Assembly (NCBI GenBank): GCA_036262515.1
Contig: DATAIT010000086.1
Span: 3,194 to 67,193 of the forward strand
DNA length: 64,000 nt
Direction: 5' to 3'
Origin: Acidimicrobiales bacterium
Lineage (GTDB): Bacteria > Actinomycetota > Acidimicrobiia > Acidimicrobiales > GCA-2861595
The notes beneath the pieces are model-generated. The model ran no database searches. It saw only the letters and a program-made list of their open reading frames with translations, and was not told the DNA's origin. The position numbers and the translations under genes are program-made. The stretch's first letter is position 1. Each line of letters begins with the position of its first letter. Positions 18,646 to 27,383 of this stretch are shown piece after piece.

Positions 18646-19251
18646 TCACAGGATCCACTGCTTGACGTAGTCGTCCCGGCGGTCGACCCACTCCTCGGCG
18701 GTGATGGCGTAGCGGATGTGGTCCTCCCACCTTCCGTCGATCTCCAGGTAGCGCAGGGCCGTGCCCTCGTCCCGGAGGTCGAGCTTCATGGCCACCCGGC
18801 GGCTGGCCGTGTTGCGGGGGATGACGGCGATCTGGAGGCGGTGCAGCCCGAGGTCCTCGAAGGCGAAACGGAAGGCGACGACGGCCGCCTCCGGGGTGTA
18901 GCTGTTGCCGGCGCGCGCCTGGTCGATCCAGTAGCCCACGTAGGCGTTCTGGAACGCCCCCCGCTGGACGCCGTTGAGGTTGATCTCGCCGGCGAAGCAC
19001 TCGTCGACGAAGATGCCGAAGCCGTAGCCGCTGCCCATCTGCCGCTCCCGGTCGCGTGCCGCGCAGCGCGCCGAGAAGGCCCGGTGGTCCTCCACGACGT
19101 CGGGATGCCCGGGCGCCGAGCGGGGCTCCCACTTGGTGAGCCAGGTCCGGCACCTGCGCCGCACCTCGCGCCACTGCTCGAAGTCCTGCGGCACCATCGG
19201 GCGCAGCAGCACCCGGCGGCCGCGAAGCTCCACCGGGAGCTGGCGTATCAC
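18646..19251 (-). CDS. GNAT N-acetyltransferase, RimJ/RimL-like
   Basis: LLRPMVPQDFEQW..., GEINLNGVQRGAFQNAYVGYWID, LHRLQIAVIPRNTASRRVAMKLDLRDEG. GTG 19251 forms a GTGA overlap with the upstream stop. Confidence 0.85.
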   Translation of the reverse strand: MIRQLPVELRGRRVLLRPMVPQDFEQWREVRRRCRTWLTKWEPRSAPGHPDVVEDHRAFSARCAARDRERQMGSGYGFGIFVDECFAGEINLNGVQRGAFQNAYVGYWIDQARAGNSYTPEAAVVAFRFAFEDLGLHRLQIAVIPRNTASRRVAMKLDLRDEGTALRYLEIDGRWEDHIRYAITAEEWVDRRDDYVKQWIL

Positions 19252-21188
19252 TCGGCCGCCCCGATGGCCGCCAGCGTGCTCGGGTCCTCGAGCGACGAGA
19301 GGTCGCCTGGGTCCTCGCCGAGGGCGACGGCCCGCACGGCCCGGCGCAGCACCTTGGCGTTGCGCGTCTTCGGCAGGGCGGCGGTGAACCGCACGGACGA
19401 CGGCCGGAAGGGGTGGCCCAGGCGCTCGCCCACGAGGTCGGTGAGCTCGGCCCGGAGGGCGTCGGTACCCGTCGCATCGGGCACCAGCACGACGAAGCAC
19501 CACAGCACCTCGCCCTTCACGTCGTGCGGCACGCCCACCGCCGCAGCCTCCACCACCAGCGGGTGCGACACCAATGCGGACTCGACCTCGGCCGGGCCGA
19601 GGCGCTTGCCGGCCAGCTTGATCGTGTCGTCGCTGCGCCCGTGCAGGAACCAGGCGCCGTCCTCGTCGACCGACGCCCAGTCGCCGTGCACCCACACGCC
19701 GGGCCAGCGGCTCCAGTACGTCTCGAGGTAGCGCTCCGGGTCCTTGTACAGGCCCCGGGTCATGCCGGGCCATGGCGACGTGCACACCAGTTCGCCGACC
19801 TTGCCCCGCACCGGCCTCCCCTCTTCGTCGTAGACGTCCATGGCCATGCCGAGCGCAGGCCCCCCGAGTGACATGGGCTTGATGGGTTCCACCGGGTGGG
19901 GGGTGAGGAAGCAGGCCCCGACCTCGGTGCCGCCGGAGACGTTGATCACCGGGCACCGCCCCCCGCCCACGACCTCGAAGTACCAGAACCACGGGTCGAG
20001 GTTCCACGGCTCACCCGTGGAGGCCAGGACCCGCAGCGCCGACAGATCGTGGGCCCGTACCGGCTCCTCGCCCGACGGCATGAGGGCGCGCACGAACGTG
20101 GGGCTCACGCCAACCATCGTGACGCGGTGGCGCTCCAGGTAGGCCCAGAGCCGGTCCGGACCGGGCCAGTCGGGCGCGCCGTCGAACAGGGCCACGGTGG
20201 CGCCGTTGGCGAGGGTGGCCACGACCTCCCAGGGGCCCATGATCCACCCCATGTCCGTGAGCCAGAACAGGGTGTCGTCGGGCCGCATGTCGAACTGGAA
20301 TGCGGCTTCCGCCGCCACCTTGACGCCGAAGCCGCCGTGCACGGCGACGGTTCCCTTGGGTCGGCCCGTGGTGCCCGACGTGTAGGCGATGAACAGCATG
20401 TGCTCGCTGTCGACCATCCGGGTCGGGAACGGCTCGGCCGCCGGGCCCGGCCACTCGAGCCAGCCTTCGGCGCCGGCCGGCACCGGCGCGCCCGGAACGT
20501 CCAGGCGGCGGACCACGACGACCGTCTCCAGGCTCGGCAGCGACGCCGCCGCCTCCGCCGCCGCCGCCGCCATGTCGACGACCCTGCCCCGCCGGACGGT
20601 GCCGTCGGCGGTCACCAGCGCCTTCGCGCCGGCGTCGGCCAGGCGGTCGGCGACCGCCGGAGCGCCGTACCCGCTGAACAGCGGCAGGAAGACGGCGCCC
20701 ACCTTCATGATGCCGAACAGGGCGGCGACCGTCTCTGGGAGCATCGGGAGGAACACGCCGACCCGGTCGCCCAGGCCCACGCCCCGCTCGCTCAGCAGCG
20801 CGGCCAGCCCGTCCGCTTCCGCCCGCAGCTCTGCCCACGTCCACCGCCGCACCTCACCGTCCTCGCCCTCCCACACCAGCGCCGGCCCGTCCGGCCGGGC
20901 GGCGGCGTGGCGGTCGAGGCACACCTCGGCCACGTTGAGGCGACCGCCGTTGAACCAGGTGGCCCACTCCGGGCCGTTGCCGGTGTCGAGCACCGACGCG
21001 TACGGCGTGGCGAACGGCACGTCGAGGAAGCGCACCACGGCGTCCCAGAACCACTCCGGCTCGGCCACCGACCGGGCACGGAGCGCCGAGAAGCCGGCGA
21101 TCCCCTCGGCGGCCATGAAGCGCCCGAGGTTGGTGGCCTCCGGGTCACCCGGGAACCAGACGGGCCTGCCCTCGAGCGTCGCCGTCAT
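19248..21188 (-). CDS. AMP-forming acyl-CoA synthetase (acetate/acetoacetate-CoA ligase-like)
   Basis: AMP-binding motif YTSGTTGRPKG, length ~646 aa, and the C-terminal LPKTRNAKVLRR lysine motif. ATG 21188 overlaps the DUF2304 stop (ATGA). Confidence 0.9.
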   Translation of the reverse strand: MTATLEGRPVWFPGDPEATNLGRFMAAEGIAGFSALRARSVAEPEWFWDAVVRFLDVPFATPYASVLDTGNGPEWATWFNGGRLNVAEVCLDRHAAARPDGPALVWEGEDGEVRRWTWAELRAEADGLAALLSERGVGLGDRVGVFLPMLPETVAALFGIMKVGAVFLPLFSGYGAPAVADRLADAGAKALVTADGTVRRGRVVDMAAAAAEAAASLPSLETVVVVRRLDVPGAPVPAGAEGWLEWPGPAAEPFPTRMVDSEHMLFIAYTSGTTGRPKGTVAVHGGFGVKVAAEAAFQFDMRPDDTLFWLTDMGWIMGPWEVVATLANGATVALFDGAPDWPGPDRLWAYLERHRVTMVGVSPTFVRALMPSGEEPVRAHDLSALRVLASTGEPWNLDPWFWYFEVVGGGRCPVINVSGGTEVGACFLTPHPVEPIKPMSLGGPALGMAMDVYDEEGRPVRGKVGELVCTSPWPGMTRGLYKDPERYLETYWSRWPGVWVHGDWASVDEDGAWFLHGRSDDTIKLAGKRLGPAEVESALVSHPLVVEAAAVGVPHDVKGEVLWCFVVLVPDATGTDALRAELTDLVGERLGHPFRPSSVRFTAALPKTRNAKVLRRAVRAVALGEDPGDLSSLEDPSTLAAIGAAE

Positions 21189-21562
21189 GTCCTGCCGCCG
21201 GTGCGCGAGGTCCCGGGCGACGGCCCGGCGCCGTCGTCGCGCGCCCGGAGCAGGGCCAGCTCCTCGGCCAGCACACCGGTGCGCTCCTCCAGGCGCGAGA
21301 CCTCCCACGACAGGTGCATGCACACCAGCAGGAGGAAGAGGATGGCGAGCAGGAAGACGGCGCTCGGCCCGTAGTCGACCCCGAGGGCGTGCGCCACCCG
21401 GTCGACGACCGTCCGGCCCAGGCCCAGCACGATGCCGCCCACGCCGACCGCGAGCCACAGCAGCGCGTACTTCTCGCGCAGCTGGCGCCTGCGCACGAGC
21501 TCGAGCACCACGACGACGTTGACCAGTGCGACCACGAGGACGAACACGTCGAGACGACGCAT
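21185..21562 (-). CDS. DUF2304-like small membrane protein (Rv3632-type partner of polyprenyl-phosphate sugar synthases)
   Basis: 125 aa. TM segments VFVLVVALVNVVVVL, ALLWLAVGVGGIVLGL and AVFLLAILFLLLVCMHL, then an amphipathic tail. Position immediately after the GT2 gene is typical of the family. Confidence 0.72.
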   Translation of the reverse strand: MRRLDVFVLVVALVNVVVVLELVRRRQLREKYALLWLAVGVGGIVLGLGRTVVDRVAHALGVDYGPSAVFLLAILFLLLVCMHLSWEVSRLEERTGVLAEELALLRARDDGAGPSPGTSRTGGRT

Positions 21563-22272
21563 CAGGCGTCGGGGCGTCCGGGCGCCGGCCGGAAGCGGTG
21601 CACGAGGACGACGAGGAGCAACCGGACCACGTAGAACGCGCTCATGACGGTGCTGGCCGAAGCCGACCCCGTGGTGCGTCGGCGCATGTGCACGGCGACC
21701 TCGGCCACCCGCAGGTGGGCGTCGGCGGCGAGGAGGAGCGCCTCCACCGTGTCCGACAGGTACTCGGCCGGGTAGACCTGCGCGAAGTACCCCACGGAGC
21801 GACCGCCGAAGGCACGGAACCCGCTCGTGGTGTCGGTGATCTCGGTGCCGAGGCGGCGCGAGACGAGCCTCGCCAGCAGGCGCATCACGGCCCGGCGCGA
21901 GCGCGAGAGGTCGTACCCGTTTGCGAACCGGGAGCCGACCACCACGTCGACGTCGCCCTGCTCCAGGCGCGACAGGAGACCGGCGGCGTCCCGGGGGTCG
22001 TGCTGGCCGTCGCCGTCGAGCTGGAGCACGGTCTCGTAGCCGTTCTCCGACGCGTAGCGCAGGCCGGTGCGCACGGCGGCGCCGACGCCCAGGTTGAACG
22101 GGTGGCGCACGACCACCCCGCCGGCGGCGGCGGCCACCTCACCGGTGGCGTCGGTGGAGCCGTCGTCGACCACCACGACCGTGGCGGCGAGGGCCCGGCG
22201 GGCGGCACCCACCACCCCGCCGATGGCCGCTTCCTCGTTCAACGCCGGCACGATGACGAGAAGATCTGCCAT
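21562..22272 (-). CDS. GT2 polyprenyl-phosphate glycosyl synthase-like glycosyltransferase (DPM1/GtrB/PpgS-like)
   Basis: LLVIVPALNEE..., VVVVDDGSTDAT, LQLDGDGQHDP (DxD) and TSGFRAF. Start at ATG 22272. Upstream track extension rejected. Confidence 0.9.
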   Translation of the reverse strand: MADLLVIVPALNEEAAIGGVVGAARRALAATVVVVDDGSTDATGEVAAAAGGVVVRHPFNLGVGAAVRTGLRYASENGYETVLQLDGDGQHDPRDAAGLLSRLEQGDVDVVVGSRFANGYDLSRSRRAVMRLLARLVSRRLGTEITDTTSGFRAFGGRSVGYFAQVYPAEYLSDTVEALLLAADAHLRVAEVAVHMRRRTTGSASASTVMSAFYVVRLLLVVLVHRFRPAPGRPDA

Positions 22273-22286
22273 CCCGGGGCCGAATG

Positions 22287-24197
22287 CTACCGGGGGTTGC
22301 CCACGCGGGAGCGGCGACGCTGCTCGACCAGCGCGCTGCCGCCCAGGACCAGGAGCCCGGCGCGCCCGATCCACACCCACGCGTCCGCCCATCCAATGAC
22401 CTGCCCGAGCCGGATCCACGACGGGTGGTCGGGAGTGAACAGCTGGGCGAACCTCGCCTCTTCGGGATCGTCCACGCGGCAGAAGATGCGCGCCACCGGG
22501 TCACCGGGTTCGCCGGCCAGCGCGAGACGGGCGTCGAGGTCGTTCGCCGAGGCGCTGACCGGCGCCCCTCCCAGCTGGAGGTCGAACGGCTGATCGAGCG
22601 GAGCCGGGAGCGTGTAGACCGAGATGCGCTGGGCCGGGGTGCCCTGGAGGCCGAGGAACGGCGCGTCGACCGGGCCCGAGGCGGCGTCGACACGGATGGT
22701 CGCGGGTGGCGGCACCGACAGCCCGACCCCGAACGCCTCGGCCGGGCACGGTGGGTCCACCGACACCGCCTGGGCGGCCACCAGGCCCTCGCCCCAGGTC
22801 TGGTCCACCACCGGTGCCAGCCGGCCGATGGTCGCGTTGGCGTACGTCAGGTCCACCATGCGCTGCACGAGCGGCGGCTCGGCCGCCAGCGCCAGGTTGG
22901 CGAGCACGGCCAGTGCCAGCCAGCCCCCGTAGCGCCGGCCTGCGGCGAAGGCGGCGCCCGCCACGGCGACGGCGGCGGCGGCGAGGGCCGGGTACATGTG
23001 GCGCCCGACGGTGCTGCTGTGGCCGCCGAAGACGCCGTAGATGACCGCGATCATGGTGGCGGCGGTGACGGCATACGACGAGCCCAGCCAGGCCAGGACC
23101 CCGGCCCGGCGGCGCTCCCCGGACACCACGCTCACGACCACGCCGGCGACCAGGATCGTGACCGCCGCCACCGAGACGGTGACCATGTAGCGGTCGAGAC
23201 GGTGGCCCACGAGCTGGAAGTCCCAGAACCCGACGGTGGAGCCGACCAGGTGCTGGCGGATGCCCTCGAGGCCGAAGGGGAAGTCCGGCTGCATCGGCCC
23301 GGTGATCATGTCGACCTGCTCGGAGGCGCTGAGCGCGCCGTAGGTGGCCACGTTCCACGCCACCCACGGCACCACGACGGCCGCCGCGGTGGCGCCGGCG
23401 GTGGCCGCCCAGCGCACCACGCCGCTCCACCGCACCCGCCCCAGCACCACGGCCCCGGCCGCTCCCAGGCCGACCAGGGGCACCAGGGCGACCATGTTCG
23501 ACTTGGTGGCCAGCCCCAGGCCGACCAGACCACCCGTCACCGCCGCCCCGAACAGGTCGAGGTCCCGCCGGGCGCTGCGGCAGAAGGCCAGCAGGGTGGC
23601 CCCGGCCAGGGGGACGACGAGGGCGTCGTTGCTCACCGACGCCAGGTTGGCGTTGAAGCCCTGGAGCACGACGAGCAGCGCGGGCGCCGCCAGCCACACC
23701 TCACGGCACCGCGGGAACAGCTCGCGGGCCAGGGCGTAGGCGATCGGCACCGAGGCCAGGGCGAGGAGCAGCGAGCCGATCCGGACGCCGTACACCGATG
23801 CCAGCACGCCGTGCGACCGCGTGAGGCGGTACGGCACGGCCATGAGCAGGTAGTACAGCGGGCCCTGGACGCCCTCGTACGACTCGCCCACGGGCCCCCA
23901 CGCGTCGTCGTCGGGCGACGGCGCCAGGGGCGCGCTGCGCCAGTAGGAGGTCCGGACGCGCTTGACCAGGTCGAGGGCGCCCGGCGACAGCCGGTCCCGC
24001 CCCACGACCGGCGGGCGCAGGTGCGTGGCCATCGACTCGACGTAGGCGAAGTGGGCGGCCTCGTCGACGGGGTTGAACACCTGGGTGACGGCGACCCAGT
24101 AGAGGCCGCGAGCCAGCCCCACCCCGACGATCAGTCCCAGGAACAGAAGCTGGAGGCGGGAACGCCCGGTGCTCAGCCGACCCCTTCCGGGTCGCAC
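22287..24197 (-). CDS. Polytopic GT-C-fold-like membrane glycosyltransferase (PMT/ArnT/DUF2142-like)
   Basis: More than 10 hydrophobic helices. First-loop motif NPVDEAAHFAYV recalls the DE..HF motif of GT39 PMTs. Start uncertain (GTG 24197 overlaps the upstream gene by 25 nt). Confidence 0.72.
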   Translation of the reverse strand: MRPGRGRLSTGRSRLQLLFLGLIVGVGLARGLYWVAVTQVFNPVDEAAHFAYVESMATHLRPPVVGRDRLSPGALDLVKRVRTSYWRSAPLAPSPDDDAWGPVGESYEGVQGPLYYLLMAVPYRLTRSHGVLASVYGVRIGSLLLALASVPIAYALARELFPRCREVWLAAPALLVVLQGFNANLASVSNDALVVPLAGATLLAFCRSARRDLDLFGAAVTGGLVGLGLATKSNMVALVPLVGLGAAGAVVLGRVRWSGVVRWAATAGATAAAVVVPWVAWNVATYGALSASEQVDMITGPMQPDFPFGLEGIRQHLVGSTVGFWDFQLVGHRLDRYMVTVSVAAVTILVAGVVVSVVSGERRRAGVLAWLGSSYAVTAATMIAVIYGVFGGHSSTVGRHMYPALAAAAVAVAGAAFAAGRRYGGWLALAVLANLALAAEPPLVQRMVDLTYANATIGRLAPVVDQTWGEGLVAAQAVSVDPPCPAEAFGVGLSVPPPATIRVDAASGPVDAPFLGLQGTPAQRISVYTLPAPLDQPFDLQLGGAPVSASANDLDARLALAGEPGDPVARIFCRVDDPEEARFAQLFTPDHPSWIRLGQVIGWADAWVWIGRAGLLVLGGSALVEQRRRSRVGNPR

Positions 24198-27100
24198 AGG
24201 AACCGGTAGACCCCCGACAGGGCCTTGTCCCAGCTGCCGTGGTTGGCGCTGATGTCGGCCAGGCCCTGGGCGGCCAGGCGGTGGCGGAGACCCGGGTCGA
24301 GCACGAGCCGCTCCAGGGCGTCGGCCACCCCGTCGACCGTGCGCTCGACCAGCAGACAGTTCTCCTCGTCTCGCAGGAGCCAGGAGAAGTCGGGGCTGTC
24401 GAAGGCGACGACCGGCACGCCGCACGCCATCAGCTCCAGCGGCAGGTACGAGGGGTGCTTCGAAACGGTGAGGGCCAGTCCCACGTCGCACGTTCTGTAG
24501 AGCGGGCCGGTGGCCCGGTAGTCGAGGAGGCCCACGTGCTTCACCACCGTGTCCAGGTCACCGCCTTCGGGCGTGGCCCATGACCCGGCGGCCACGATGC
24601 GGACGCCGTCGCCGAGCCGCTCCTTCAGCTCCTGGAGCGCCACCGACATCAGCTCCCAGCAGTTGCGCCAGTGGCCGGCGCGGGCGTACACGAACACGGT
24701 CACCGGCTCGTCGTCGCGCCGCTCGGCCCGCCCCTCGGCGTGGAAGACGGTGGGGTCCACGGCGGGCAGGAAGTGGTGGCCGGTCCCGCCGTACTCGTGC
24801 TCGTACACCCGCTGGAGCACCTCGGTGTTGCACAGCCCGTAGAGGCCGAGGCGGTAGGTCTCCTCGGCCAGCGCGTACATCGTGCCGGCCGGGTAGAACA
24901 CCGGCTCGAAGTCCTGGATCAGGTAGAACTTCCGGCGCGTCCCCTGGAACCGGGTGAGCTGGTAGGCCGTAAGCCACAGCGTGGCGATGGACACGTCGGC
25001 CTCGGGGATCGCCTCGAACGACTCCGGGAGCCACGTGTCGTGGAAGACGATCGGCGAGCCGGCGATGGCCGGGAAGGCGGCGTTGATGGCGGAGCGGACG
25101 AACCGCTCCGGCCCCCGTCCCCACACCACGAAGCGATTCACGACACCGTGCTCGCGAGCCAGGTGGTCGGCGATGCGGAACGCCGTGTTGATGCCGCCGT
25201 AGAACGGGCTGTCGAGCTCGGGGATGAACCAGTTGACCGTCTCCGGCTCGAACGGTGCCCGGTTGGCCTCGTGCAGCGCACGGGTGGCGGCCACGTCGCG
25301 GCGGCTGGCCCGGCAGTCGCGTGCGTAGCCGACCGCCTCCTGGGCGTCGCTGCGCTGCCGGAAGACCTGGAAGGTGCGCTGGAGGGGTCCGGAGATGAGA
25401 TCGGGCGCCGTGCTGTCGGTGGGACGGCGCAGGGCCGGCTCGCGCGACGTGAGGGACAGGTTCGGCGAGAAGTACGGATCGCCGCCGAACAACCATGCCT
25501 GGTAGCGCCAGTAGCTCATGAAGAAGTCGTCGGGCGGGATCTCGTCGCCTCGCGTGGCCGACTCGAGGTGGCGGACCGGCGAGAAGGGGCTGCACACGCT
25601 GCGCAGCCCGGTCAGCCGCAGGTCGAGCCCGAGGGCCACGTCGCTGCCGCAGAGCACGAAGCGCTCGTCGAACCCGCCCACGGACTCGAAGAGGTCACGG
25701 CGGACGCCCAGGCACGCCCCGGTCACGGCGAGGACGTTCCGGTACCAGCCGGTGGGCCCGAGGAGGCTGTCCGAGCCCGGCTCCATCCCCTGGAAGACGT
25801 GGTCGGCGAAGCCGCCCAGGCCCACGATCGTGCCGGCGAACTGGATGCGACCGTCGCCGTCGAGCAGTTGGAGCCCGGCGGTGCCGATGCCCGGCTGCTG
25901 GGCCCAACCGACCAGCTCCCGCAGCCAGTCGGGGTCGAGCACCTCGGTGTCGTCGTTCAAGAACACCAGCACCTCGCCGGTGGCCAGCCTGGCCGCATGG
26001 TTGTTCACCGCCGAGTAGTTGAACGGCCGGTCCCACCACTCCACCGTGAGGTCGAGCTCCGGGAAGCGGTCCCGGTACCACGCCTCGTTGTCCGCCGTGC
26101 GTTCGCCGTTGTCGATGACGACGACCTCGAACTCGCCGTACGACGTCGTGGCGATGCTCGACAGGCACCGGCTGAGCAGTGGCCGGTTGTGCCGGGTGGG
26201 GATGACGATCGAAGCCTTGGGCCAGCGCCCGAGCTCCCAGCGCAGCCGGACACCGTCGCCGGCCGCCTCCGCCCGGGCCGCCACGCCGGTTGCCGCCAGC
26301 CGCTCGGAGACGGCCCGCACACCGGCGTCGGTCACGCCGTCGCGGCGGCGCCCGAGATGCGCCAGCACTCGCGGCAGCCGGAACGCGCTCGTCTCGGTGA
26401 GCTCGCTGCGCAAGAGCAGGTCCCACAGGGCGGCCTCGCCGAAGCCGGCCCGGAGCCCCCCGGCGGCGGCGAGGCGCGCGCGCCGCACGGCGAACGACCA
26501 ACCGGCGAAGTTGGCGCCGAGGAGCGTGTCCGGCGACCACGAGGGGCGGAACCGTGGAGCCCGGCGGCGGCGGGGCCCGGCGAGGAGGTCGTCGTCCCAG
26601 TAGACGAGGTCGAGAAGGGGGTCCTGGGCCACCGCCGTCGCCACCTCGGAGAGGCAGTCGGGCGCCAGCACGTCGCCGGCGGCCAGGAAGATCACGAACT
26701 CGCCCGCCGCGGCGCGGCCGCCGTGCACGTCGTCGGCGTCGTGGCGCGCCAGGATTCCGTCCACCTGCGCCAGCTGGGCCGGCAGTCCCGCGGCGGGCAC
26801 GCTCCAGGCCGACACCCGCGGGTCGGTCGTCCCGAGGTCGGCGTCGTGACCGGACGAGGAGACCACCGTGGCGGCCCAGTGGCCCCACGACTGGCGGACG
26901 AGCGACCGCACGGTCGCCGCCCTCCCGCCGTCCCCGGTGTCGAGGACGACGACGCGGAAGCGGAGCGGACTGCGTGCCCGGCGCGCCGCGTCCCGCTGGG
27001 CGTCGAGGGCCTGCGGCGATGCGTCGTGCGTCGAGCACCACTCCGCGTAAGGAGGTGGCGGACGCTCCTCGCCGGGCCTCGGAAGGTTCCAGTGCTCCTT

Positions 27101-27283
27101 GAGGCGAACGGTGGCAGAGCGCGCCTCGTTCACGGCCGCGCCGGCCAGCCCGCCGAGGCGCCGCTGCCAGCTGCCGCGGGGCAGGAGCACGCCGGGGAGC
27201 CGGCGCACACCGTGCCTCAGGTCGCGGCCGAGGGCCCCGCCGGGCGTCGTGGGCTGGCCGCCTGGGGCGCTCGGCTCGCTCAC
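24173..27283 (-). CDS. Three-domain glycosyltransferase: degenerate GT2-like, GT2, and C-terminal GT-B (WsaF-like) domains
   Basis: Middle GT2 domain: SIVIPTRHN, VVVIDNGER, VFLNDDTEV. C-terminal domain: VNWFIPELDSPFYGGINTAFRIADHLA. N-terminal domain: VVVLDTGDGG...FLAAGDVLAP. Start at GTG 27283. Confidence 0.85.
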   Translation of the reverse strand: MSEPSAPGGQPTTPGGALGRDLRHGVRRLPGVLLPRGSWQRRLGGLAGAAVNEARSATVRLKEHWNLPRPGEERPPPPYAEWCSTHDASPQALDAQRDAARRARSPLRFRVVVLDTGDGGRAATVRSLVRQSWGHWAATVVSSSGHDADLGTTDPRVSAWSVPAAGLPAQLAQVDGILARHDADDVHGGRAAAGEFVIFLAAGDVLAPDCLSEVATAVAQDPLLDLVYWDDDLLAGPRRRRAPRFRPSWSPDTLLGANFAGWSFAVRRARLAAAGGLRAGFGEAALWDLLLRSELTETSAFRLPRVLAHLGRRRDGVTDAGVRAVSERLAATGVAARAEAAGDGVRLRWELGRWPKASIVIPTRHNRPLLSRCLSSIATTSYGEFEVVVIDNGERTADNEAWYRDRFPELDLTVEWWDRPFNYSAVNNHAARLATGEVLVFLNDDTEVLDPDWLRELVGWAQQPGIGTAGLQLLDGDGRIQFAGTIVGLGGFADHVFQGMEPGSDSLLGPTGWYRNVLAVTGACLGVRRDLFESVGGFDERFVLCGSDVALGLDLRLTGLRSVCSPFSPVRHLESATRGDEIPPDDFFMSYWRYQAWLFGGDPYFSPNLSLTSREPALRRPTDSTAPDLISGPLQRTFQVFRQRSDAQEAVGYARDCRASRRDVAATRALHEANRAPFEPETVNWFIPELDSPFYGGINTAFRIADHLAREHGVVNRFVVWGRGPERFVRSAINAAFPAIAGSPIVFHDTWLPESFEAIPEADVSIATLWLTAYQLTRFQGTRRKFYLIQDFEPVFYPAGTMYALAEETYRLGLYGLCNTEVLQRVYEHEYGGTGHHFLPAVDPTVFHAEGRAERRDDEPVTVFVYARAGHWRNCWELMSVALQELKERLGDGVRIVAAGSWATPEGGDLDTVVKHVGLLDYRATGPLYRTCDVGLALTVSKHPSYLPLELMACGVPVVAFDSPDFSWLLRDEENCLLVERTVDGVADALERLVLDPGLRHRLAAQGLADISANHGSWDKALSGVYRFLCDPEGVG

Positions 27284-27383
27284 GAGGCCGCCCTCCGTGG
27301 GTACCCGCGGCCGTGGCGCGGCCGGGGACCGACGCGCTCCGTAGGCACGGTGGCTCGTTCTAGCACGCCCCCCCGAAGCGGAA

